From Selaginella moellendorffii (lineage: Eukaryota; Plantae; Lycopodiophyta): a DNA stretch of 64,000 nucleotides. The DNA lies in the NCBI RefSeq assembly GCF_000143415.4, contig NW_003314270.1, positions 1,667,048-1,731,047 on the forward strand, given 5' to 3'. The notes under the pieces were generated by a model. That model was not told the origin of the DNA. It worked only from the letters and a program-made list of their open reading frames with translations, and ran no database searches. Shown here one piece after another: positions 27,279-37,390 of this stretch (position 1 is the first letter of the stretch; every line of letters begins with the position of its first letter). Both the position numbers and the translations under genes were made by a program.

Positions 27279-28050
27279 AAAGAAGTTCGATGCCCACATC
27301 GAAAGTCTCTTTTTTATCCTACGACTTGTTGACCATGTCTCCGGGGGCATCCCCCCACTTAGCGGTGTGCCTAAGTTAGCCTCCCCGGCCAAGAGCCCAT
27401 GACAACGGAATATATGTGTCCCTATACTCCTCACCTCACCACGCCCTAGTATAGGGTCGGGACTTGAACCCAGCCTTGCTTTACTAGGGGGTTGGGACTC
27501 GAACCCAACCTCCGTAGAATACGTCTACGGATTCGACATCCCCGCAGGGAGTCGGGCGTAGCTCCTTACGCCTGGTCGACCTAGCTAACCCATGCTAATT
27601 AGCTTACCTTCGGCGCGCCTTCGGGTCCCAACATATGCTATTGCTCAACTTCTCAAATTGATATATTTTTAATTGAACTTTGCATAAGTACATAGAGTTC
27701 TGCCATGCAGAAATTCCTCCACAAGATCTCGCGCATTCGCTAGGTTCCCCTCCGGTTCCCATGTTGCTTCGCAGTGTGGAAATCCTTTCCACTTCACATG
27801 GAACTCTCTCACCTCGCGTCCTTGTCGCTTGCTCTTGCGCGCATTGAGGATGGCCTCGACTTCGTATTCCTCCTCCCCTTGGATAACCTCAGGTAAAGGT
27901 CTTACTTGGTCCTTGCGAAGCGGATCCTTAAAATACGGCTTGAGTAAGTTCACGTGGAACACGGGATGCATCTTCCCCATCTCTCGAGGAAGTCGGAGAC
28001 GGTAAGCCACTTTACCGATTCGAGCCTCAATCTCGTAAGGCCCCGCGAAC

Positions 28051-28102
28051 CTGCTCAAGGAACTCAAGATCAATTCATTTACAGGAATACATGCATTTTT
28101 AC
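28051..28102 (-). other. Putative spliceosomal intron (52 nt) in the retrotransposon integrase
   Basis: Minus strand AG|GTAAAA...TTGAGCAG|G; removal restores KLTQRFAGPYE. Confidence 0.85.
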
Positions 28103-28520
28103 CTTTGGGTCAACTTCCGGCTGATCCCACTTGGCAGCTTGAGGTTCTTGGTGTTCAGCCACACCTTCTCCCCAGCTTGGAACTCCACATCCCGACGCTT
28201 TTGGTTCGCGTACTTAGTTTGCCTTTGTTGAGCCCGTTCCAAGGAATCCCTCACTAGATTCCAAATGTTGAGTCTTTCCGCTGTGAATGCCTCCACTGCG
28301 GGTAACTCTCCATGATACTCGGCCACGCCGAGTTCCACAGGACCTTCAATAGCTCGCCCATTGATGACTTCCCATGGACTCACCCCGATGCTCGAATGTG
28401 GTGAGTTGTTATAACACATTTCTGCAAGTCCCAAATGACTTACCTAGTCGGTCTGGTCTCCCGAGACATAGCATCGCAAATAATCCTCCAGCTGCCTATT
28501 CACCCTTTCCATTTGTCCGT

Positions 28521-28567
28521 CTGTCAAGAAGTGTTAGTGCCATCAATCTTGACTTAATACCCATTAC
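28521..28567 (-). other. Putative spliceosomal intron (47 nt) in the retrotransposon integrase core
   Basis: Minus strand AG|GTAATG...CACTAAC..TTCTTGACAG|AC; removal restores YHPQTDGQMERVNR. A CTAAC branch-point motif is present. Confidence 0.88.
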
Positions 28568-30682
28568 CTGTCTGTGGGTGATAGGCTGTGCTGAATTTCA
28601 ACTTGGTGCGATACTGTTCTAGGAGTGTCCTCCAGAACCTACTGGTGAAGATCTTATCTCGATCTGAGATAATCTCTTCCAGCCTTCCCCGCACTCGAAC
28701 CACTTGTTCGAAGAACAACGTTGCCACACCTTCCGCATCCACGTCCGTTGTGGTGGGTATGAAATGTGCCATCTTTGAAAATCGGTCCACCACCACGAAT
28801 ATCGCATCAAACCCCTCGCTTGGGGGTAGTCCTGTGATGAAGTCCATCGTGAGACATTTCCACGGACGATCTAGAATTGGGATGCTTTGCAACAAGCCCC
28901 CACTAGCCTTAGTCACGGCTTTGACCCGCTGACATGTTGGACATGTCTTTACATAGTCTTGGACGTCCTTAGCCATATCTGGCCAATGGTACTTCCTCTT
29001 GAGTAAGCCCATCGTCTTGGGCACTCCGCCGTGTCCCGCAAGAGGTCCGTCATGACACTCTTCTAAGGCTACCTTCCTTAGTCCCCCTTCTGGAACATAC
29101 ACCCTCGTTTGCTTGTAATAAATGAGTCCGTTGCGTTCCGCATAGCCCGTTTTCTCTTCCGTTGGCAGCTCACCTCTCTAGTGAGCTTCCCGCGCCTCCA
29201 GATTCCTCAACAACACTTCTTGTGCTAGACCATCATTCTCATATGCTGTCCGCACATCGTCCCAGAAGGTTGCTGTTGCGCTGGAGATCGACAACCTCAA
29301 GCTCGCTTTTCGACTTAGCGCATCTGCCACGATGTTGCTCTTCCCAGGCTTGTACAGAATCTCGCAATCAAACTCGGCCAAGGCATTGGCCCACCGACCT
29401 TGTTTCCCTCTCAAGTCGGGTTGTGACAAGAAGTGTTTCGTTGCCACATTGTCCGTGTAAACCTTGAAAGCTCTATTTCGTTAAAGTGGGAATTGTCATT
29501 ATCCCACTTGTAAAATAAGGTTTCCAAACCTTTATATAGTATATAAATATAACAAAATTCAACTGCATTGAGGCACATGCCATTTTATTTTAAACAAGGA
29601 AATGTCTACTCAATCACTTCTCCTCCCCCTGCCACTGCTTCACCTCTCTCTTCTCCTTGTCATCGTCGTCCAATTTCTTTCCATCCTTTTAATATTGGCT
29701 CAGTTGCTCCGAGTCTAGGTGGAGCCCAAGTCCCTATTCAATCTTTACTTTCCCCTTATTAATAAAACAACTTCGTAGACTTCCAATAATATTCTGTAAC
29801 ACTTCTAGTATAATGCAAATCCTCTCAAAGAATTGTCTTTTAATATTAATACAATGGCATGGAACCCCATGCCATAATAAGTTACATTTTTAAATAAATA
29901 CATGCCATCTCAGACTGTTATTTTTTGCCTCCAACGCCTATACAATAATCTTGGAATTTCATCACTCTCCACACTATCAGGATTTAAACCCAAAAGCTCT
30001 ATTTCGTTAAAGTGGGATTTATTCAGTAAAATGGGACTAGGTACAAATTTTCAAGTATTTGAAAATGACGTGAAATTATATGTTTTTTGTCCAGGGGCTA
30101 GACATATCTGGGGCATGGTGACTAGCGCGGTGACTTTGTGTCCAGACTGAGTCCATCTGGTTGTATAAAAAATCTCATTGTCAAGGTGAACAAGCCGAAT
30201 CTGAAGCTAAAGAAGAGCGATGGCATGCGCGCACACACTATTTGTTTGTTCATTGAGCGTGTGGTGAGCTTTCCAAGATGAACGTCATTCCTATTAGCCA
30301 GACATATAACTTAATGGTGAGAACATTTAGATATTATTCAATGTTATCTTTTTCTAACGAATCTAATTGTGAAGGTGTAGCAAGAGGCATTGCTAGTCTG
30401 GAGAAGTCATTTAACTCATTTGACCCTTAGTGTATTTTCATGAAACTAAATAACATTCATATTATTAAGGAATTTCTCTAGTACCTTTTTTTTACGACAT
30501 AGAGGCTTGCATTTCTTTCAAAGGTGATTTAGTAAAAGGCCTGAGGGCACATGCCATTCTATTTCTCAGACCGGTATTAAGATATACTAGTGCAAAGGGC
30601 CACATGCCATCACGCCTCCTCTGATTCAGATTCGGATTGTTCACCTTGAAATAAAATACATTAGAAACTTAGTAAAGGAATA

Positions 30683-33600
30683 TTAATGAATCTCACCTTG
30701 AACCCGGGTTATGAATGCTCTTGCTGCATCTCTTGCATGGTCTGGCAAGGTGATGGTGGCACTCTGCTTCCGCATCCAACCATGCACAACATTATCCACC
30801 GATATGCTCATGCTGGGATCCCTTGGATTCAGCACCCATCTCTTTTCTAGGCAATCCTTCGTATATCCGGAACTTGGCTTGAACCACTCCACAGTTACAT
30901 TGAAGGAGTTAGTTTCCGCGTCCTCCTCTGCATCAGTGATGCAGCGCCCCACCCATATCATTTGTTTTTTATTACTGGGTCTGACAAGCACGACCATTCC
31001 TTTGCAGACCTGTACTGGATTGAATGCTGAATCCGGCTTCTTGTTCCTCGGCCCACAATAGTGATCCTCAACATCGTTATCTGTCACTGCATTTCCAGAG
31101 GACATTGTTCCGCTACTATCTGGTGCTCTGGGTTCTGGCCAAAAGGACTCTTCCAATTCTTCATATACAACCGGCCCATTTTGGATAGCAGATATAATCT
31201 TCTCCCAGTATTCGAGCAAAGGCTTGCACCTCTTAAAATAGGATTCTCCACCAAACACCAACCCCCTCTTCCAGAAGGCAATATGCTATCTAATCCCGGC
31301 CACTATACTTTCCTGGTCTTTGAGTCCATCCGGGTGCATCGGCCGTGGGGAACCCTGAGGAATCATAGGTTCCCCAATTATGGGATCTCTCTTGAAGAGT
31401 TCAATGCCATCCACTGGCAGCCACACTGTGTCCCATTCTCTCATCTTGTACCTCATCACTGGAGCACCGTCACGCATGCTGAAATGAAACTGAAGAGGCT
31501 TGGAGTGGCCAATCAGCGTTTCGGATCCGTCCCTGATGTAGCCTCTTACAAACCCCTTAAAGTCTGGAACCTCTGTCACAAGTGCAGCTTCAACAGTGCC
31601 TTTGATGCAATTTTGGAATTCATCGTAGAGTTGTGGGAGGGTGAGGACATTGGATCGCCGGAGGGACTCTGCCAGGTGACTGAACATGGCATCGACGTCT
31701 TCATGAGTGTGCCCAACCATGAGAAAGCCAAGTGTAACCGTTTCAAATATGCCTTTGGCAACAAGCATCGCCAAGTACGCGAAGACGTACATGTTTTTGT
31801 TCTCACTGCCAGCATTGTCTGTTTGGAGCAGAAGATGGGGTGGAAGGCCACATCGGCCGCAAGAACTTCCTTGAGATTCTGCTTCGTTTGGATGAGGCTG
31901 TGCATTCACCGGGCGACCAGCCTCGTCGTAATGGCATGAGGCCTCACGTGATAACCCTACAATCTGACGGCCAACATATTCACTAGGATGGCATGGGGCC
32001 CCACGCGATACTGCAAGCCTTTGCTCCTCCTCCAGCTGAACCCTGTATGGGGTTCGATCGACAAGGGCCTTATGCAAGGGTTGGCCGTTCAGCTCAGTCT
32101 GCGCACTTTGCAGAGACCTTAAGTGTTTTGCTAAGGACGCAATCATCATGTTTGCACCCCCGCCACCCCATAGAGGCACAAAGAAGTTCCCATAGTTCTG
32201 GGCACCATGCCCATGAGCGATTATGCCAAACAGAGACACAGGCAGCTGCATGGATGAAGAGATTGCCTTGGGGGCAGGATTGAGTCGAGGTAAGCACGTC
32301 TTTTTCTGATCCATTTTGTCGTGGATGATGCAGAGGTAAGAGTCAGGTCTCTCCATGGAGAGAATCCTGTTATGATAATATGCAGTCCTGCAGCTTCTCT
32401 GCTCGATGTTGTGGTCGAGCCGCCTTCTAACCAANNNNNNNNNNNNNNNNNNNNNNNNNNNNNNNNNNNNNNNNNNNNNNNNNNNNNNNNNNNNNNNNNN
32501 NNNNNNNNNNNNNNNNNNNNNNNNNNNNNNNNNNNNNNNNNNNNNNNNNNNNNNNNNNNNNNNNNNNNNNNNNNNNNNNNNNNNNNNNNNNNNNNNNNNN
32601 NNNNNNNNNNNNNNNNNNNNNNNNNNNNNNNNNNNNNNNNNNNNNNNNNNNNNNNNNNNNNNNNNNNNNNNNNNNNNNNNNNNNNNNNNNNNNNNNNNNN
32701 NNNNNNNNNNNNNNNNNNNNNNNNNNNNNNNNNNNNNNNNNNNNNNNNNNNNNNNNNNNNNNNNNNNNNNNNNNNNNNNNNNNNNNNNNNNNNNNNNNNN
32801 NNNNNNNNNNNNNNNNNNNNNNNNNNNNNNNNNNNNNNNNNNNNNNNNNNNNNNNNNNNNNNNNNNNNNNNNNNNNNNNNNNNNNNNNNNNNNNNNNNNN
32901 NNNNNNNNNNNNNNNNNNNNNNNNNNNNNNNNNNNNNNNNNNNNNNNNNNNNNNNNNNNNNNNNNNNNNNNNNNNNNNNNNNNNNNNNNNNNNNNNNNNN
33001 NNNNNNNNNNNNNNNNNNNNNNNNNNNNNNNNNNNNNNNNNNNNNNNNNNNNNNNNNNNNNNNNNNNNNNNNNNNNNNNNNNNNNNNNNNNNNNNNNNNN
33101 NNNNNNNNNNNNNNNNNNNNATGTTGTGGTCGAGCCGCCTTCTTACCCAACGTCTCTCGCTCTTGAGCGCTGCAAGAATTCTTCGACAAAGCCATTTTGA
33201 TAGCAGTGCACTCGTCACACTTTGAAAAGCTGGAGTACTTTCCTATACTCACATCCCTGAACCTGTTGCTCCACAATCTACTAAATCTAGATTGGCTCAG
33301 CTTCCTGTAGCCATTACTCTGGAGTTCCCGATTCACATCTTCCAATATGGCCCCCTTGGTATACATGGAAGGGAGAACTCGTTGGGTGTTTCGTGTTCCA
33401 TCTTCCAAGAGGCGGGTTTTATGTGGTTGCTGCTCGCTACATGTCTCGACAAACCTCTTGAAGATTGCCTCTCCATATACAACATGACCCCTGGTTTTGT
33501 GCGTACCGTCGTTCCCATGGACTGCCTGTTGAACCCTTTGTTCCTCGAACTCAGTTTTGATTCTGTAGAATGTGGTTCGAGGGACTCCATAAATGATTCT

Positions 33601-34467
33601 CCATGCCTTCATGCAGACCAAACCCCTCTGGAAGACCATGCCCCCCACCTGATGTTCTGAAGCATCAACAGATGACCGTAATGCCTCATACACAAAATTG
33701 CGAGCTGCCTTCCAGGACAATGTCTTGTATCTTGCTCTCTCCTCTTCAATAGCATCCCAATCAGCATGTTGACAGCACCTCCTCTTGCAACAAGCAACTG
33801 TCGAGACCATTCGAACCTCCATCGCCATTTTCTGCCTTTTCGGTTCGTTGCTCAGATCCCTTTGGCTGCGCTGTAGGAAGGTGTACTTTCTTTTCCCATG
33901 AAGAGATGTTCTGTCATCAGTTGTAGTGGTGTTTGATTGTGAATCCTTCACATTCTCAAACACTAAATGCCTCAATTTCCACCGCACAATGCTTCCAATA
34001 GTCAGACTGTTTTCTTCTGTGTCAACAACCTCTAAAATTGCAACTCCAATATCATCCCAGCCCAATTCTTGATTAGCAACCGCATCTCTTGGATCGACAA
34101 CTGTGGCTAAGCCCTCAGCTACCACCTCCCCCTCGGGGTTGTTTAGAAACACCTTTGCGTGAATCCATGTAGCACGGTTGTTAAGATCCACGGAGGGAAC
34201 ATGCGTCGCACTTGCGCTGTCCCCAACATCTGCTTTCTTGTGAAGATTTTTCAAGGCAACAACAACATTTACCCCGACGACCATCTCTCATCGTTCAATA
34301 GCGACCACATTCCCATCGAAGACAGTCTATATTGATACAGCAGCATTGCTTTCCCCAAGCCTTTGACAGTGTATAACAAAGTTCCGATCCATAGACACAA
34401 GGGTCCCTTTTGCAACTCTCTTCCCACCATTCAAAATGTAAACCTTTTCCCCAACCCTGAAGGCCAT
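30683..34467 (-). pseudogene. Sola-like DDD transposase, inner copy (2 premature stops; spans an assembly gap)
   Basis: KCDEC, IIHDKMDQ, LQTDNAGSENKN, FLMVGHTHEDVDAMFS. Stops at 34288-34290 and 31286-31288 where the outer copy has sense codons. Confidence 0.8.
32435..33120. other. Assembly gap (probably spurious; flanks overlap)
   Basis: ATGTTGTGGTCGAGCCGCCTTCT occurs on both sides, and the outer copy is contiguous here. Confidence 0.85.
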
Positions 34468-34834
34468 TCTGAAAGTGCAGAAAAGAAGTTAAGACCATAC
34501 AAAAAATGATTGGAGAATGGCCTAAATCATAACATACCAAACAACCTCAATAGCATGAGGCCACATGCCATTATTCAAACATGCTATTGACACCCACATG
34601 AAATTTCGCATTCACAAAATTGGCATGAGGCCTCATGCCATCTTGATATACACACAGCTGCAGGCAAGTAAAAACATACATGACAATACGCTAGCCATGA
34701 AATTGCAAGGGCCCAAGATGGCATGTGGCCTCATGCCATTTCTAAATGTGGTCCTAAACCATTCCATGGTGAACATACCAGGAAGCACAAGTGCCGAATA
34801 TCAAGAGGAAGCGGTAGCCACACCAAAGACAGTG

Positions 34835-34960
34835 CCGCTCGCAACACCGCAACTACTCGTAGCGCCGCTCGCAACACCGCAACTGCTCGTAGCGCCGCTC
34901 GCACAAACTGCCACTCGCATAAACTGCCGCTCGCAATGGCGCTCGCAATGCCGCAACCGC
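34835..34960. repeat. CG-rich tandem repeats (GCCGCTCGCAAC..) upstream of the transposase; counterpart ~51200-51330
   Basis: Repeated gccgctcgca units in both copies. Confidence 0.7.
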
Positions 34961-35663
34961 TTGTAGACGCATAAACCACAGCTCACAACGCCGCTTACAC
35001 AAGCAGCGCTCACTGCGCTCAGCGGAACCAAGAACACGGCGCACAAAAATGATAGACCTAGGAATGAGTTCGAGAATTCAAAAATAACACACGCTTGAAC
35101 GTCACATCAAATCCTCTGACAAACCAGATCTTATGATTCCTCTGACAAATTTCAAACTGAGTAGCTTCTAGACTTTGTTGTCGGAGGTTGAACTTTGTCA
35201 CATCATGTCCTTGCCTCGATCCAGCTGTGCCATGTCAGTGATTCGAACTTTGCCATGCCATGTCAGCGATCCGCGCCAAGATTATTCGCCGTGTAAAGGA
35301 ATAATTATGCTGTGTGTGTACGTCCATTTATGGCAATATAATGCCACATGCCATTCAAAGAATAATGCTAGTCGAGCATCTTTTGGTGCATTTTTGGGTT
35401 CAAAATTGCATGAGCCCACACGCTATAAAGTTTACCTGTACCAAAAATAGAAACAGCTTTATTTACTTGGGAATTTAAGTGGTTGAGGCATTTTTAAACT
35501 TACAAACACATGCCCTACTTACATTCCTTTGGTTGCTTACATTCCTTTGGTTGCTAGCTTTCGTTTGTCCCCTTCACTAGCCTGAGATACATCTGCTCGG
35601 CATCTGCCTCTTACAGCATTTGCCCAGAAAGGGCATCTTTCTTCACGCAGCATTTGCCACATG

Positions 35664-35696
35664 TTTAGGGTTTAGGGTTTAGGGTTTAGGGTTTAG
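35664..35696 (+). repeat. Interstitial plant telomere repeat (TTTAGGG)4 TTTAG in the inner element
   Basis: Read directly from the sequence; lies between the divergent genes. Confidence 0.95.
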
Positions 35697-36594
35697 CAAT
35701 TCATTAGCTTGATAAACATGCAAATACAGAACTTGATGCAAAATCCTTGGATATGTCACAATGCCCTTAGGACCATAAACACATTTCAATAGAGAGGGTC
35801 CTTTCATTTCATAACTCCTTACGTAGATCTTGGTGAAACCAGAGTTAGTGAAGTTGGTTTCTTGTGATCCCGCATCTGATTGTGATGTCCCTTTGTAGTG
35901 TCGATGGAAAGGTCAATGCACACCAAACTGTAGAATCTTGGAGCAAAATAACGGTCGGATCTATGGCAAATGCCCCTGAAACATTGTAAGGCTCGTGTGG
36001 TCTCATGTGGTGTCCGATCGAGATGCTTCTTTGCAGGGTCATCAAGAAGGACATTGTATACCATTCTGTAAAATCTAGTTGCGATCTAACGGTTGGATCT
36101 CCAGGAAACTCAAAACAATCTCGCGTGTGTCAGAATATTCTAGGAATATACTCCTATGTGCTCCTGAAAATGGCATGCGGCCCCACGCCATTCAAGAGAT
36201 AACGCCAGATGACGCCGAGCATTTTTTGGTGCATTTTTTGGGATCAAAATTGCATGAGCCCACATGCTTGAACGTCACATCAAATCCTCTGACAATTTAT
36301 TTAGCTGAACATCTGGCATTTTTGGAAATACAAGATGCTTTGGAATATCCAATCATGCATGGTATAAATATAGCGAGGGTATTAAATGATATCCCAATCA
36401 TGATCTTTCTTTTGGATTTCGCGTGCATGCAGTCCGAGGAATGATGACGTTGCGGATTTCTTTTGGATTTCACGCATGCGCGCGCCGATCCAGAAATTAA
36501 TGGTGGCGCCCAAGTCCGAGAAATGATGACGTGGCGGGATTACCAACCGTCGTGACATTTCGCGCGTGTGAGGTTAGGTTTTGCATTTTGCTTC

Positions 36595-36765
36595 GTACTC
36601 GCGCTCGCACACTCGCGCTCGCATCGCGCTCCCACTCGCGCTCGCATCGCGCTCCCACTCGCGCTCGCATCGCGCTCCCACTCGCGCTCCCACTTCTCTA
36701 CAGGTTTCTCGTGTGCATCGGCGTCCACTCGCGCTCGCATCGCGCTCGTGTGCATCGGCGTCCAC
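36595..36765. repeat. CpG-dense tandem repeat (ACTCGCGCTCGCATCGCGCTCCC) upstream of the cargo gene; counterpart ~48920-49120
   Basis: Three near-perfect 23-bp units plus variants. Confidence 0.85.
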
Positions 36766-36916
36766 TTCAAGACACACCCAGTTTGTAACTTCGCCGCCAA
36801 CTCCGCCGCCCACTCCGCCACCCACACGCAGCCCACTTGGCGTCCCGGGAGATTTCAGCGCCACTCTCCAACTGTAAGTGGCAGAGTAGCCTTGCTGCTA
36901 CAATCCGCTGCACACA

Positions 36917-37242
36917 NNNNNNNNNNNNNNNNNNNNNNNNNNNNNNNNNNNNNNNNNNNNNNNNNNNNNNNNNNNNNNNNNNNNNNNNNNNNNNNNNNNN
37001 NNNNNNNNNNNNNNNNNNNNNNNNNNNNNNNNNNNNNNNNNNNNNNNNNNNNNNNNNNNNNNNNNNNNNNNNNNNNNNNNNNNNNNNNNNNNNNNNNNNN
37101 NNNNNNNNNNNNNNNNNNNNNNNNNNNNNNNNNNNNNNNNNNNNNNNNNNNNNNNNNNNNNNNNNNNNNNNNNNNNNNNNNNNNNNNNNNNNNNNNNNNN
37201 NNNNNNNNNNNNNNNNNNNNNNNNNNNNNNNNNNNNNNNNNN
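36917..37242. other. Assembly gap
   Basis: N run; corresponds to about 155 bp (48628-48782) of the outer copy. Confidence 0.9.
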
Positions 37243-37390
37243 CGGTTACAGATGGCGTGTACCCTCACGCCATCCTAAGGATGCAGCCCTCAAGACATCT
37301 GATGCAGTGGTGAATGGCGTGTGGCCTCACGTTATTTCCAGCTACTAGCTTTTCATCTGTCAGCTCTAATTGTTGTGCATTTCTGGACAG

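Larger units (their letters stand above)
27669..29467 (-). pseudogene. pol 3' part: RNase H end, integrase (HHCC, DDE core, GPY), chromodomain; two introns
   Basis: VYTDN..., YKPGKSNIVADALSR, HDGPLAGH..CPTC, MDFITGLP, VVDRFSK, ISDRDKIF, YHPQT/DGQMERVNR, FAGPYEI, HPVFHVNLLKPY, EYEVEAIL...VKWKGFP..EATWEP. Point-mutation stops are present. Confidence 0.93.

Noticed and set aside
27459-27506. tRNA gene
   Set aside because: Only T-arm/B-box motifs; no cloverleaf or A-box that I can support.
32221-34284. 687-aa ORF and other X-containing ORFs
   Set aside because: Inflated by N gaps; the first gap's flanks overlap, so no sequence is likely missing.
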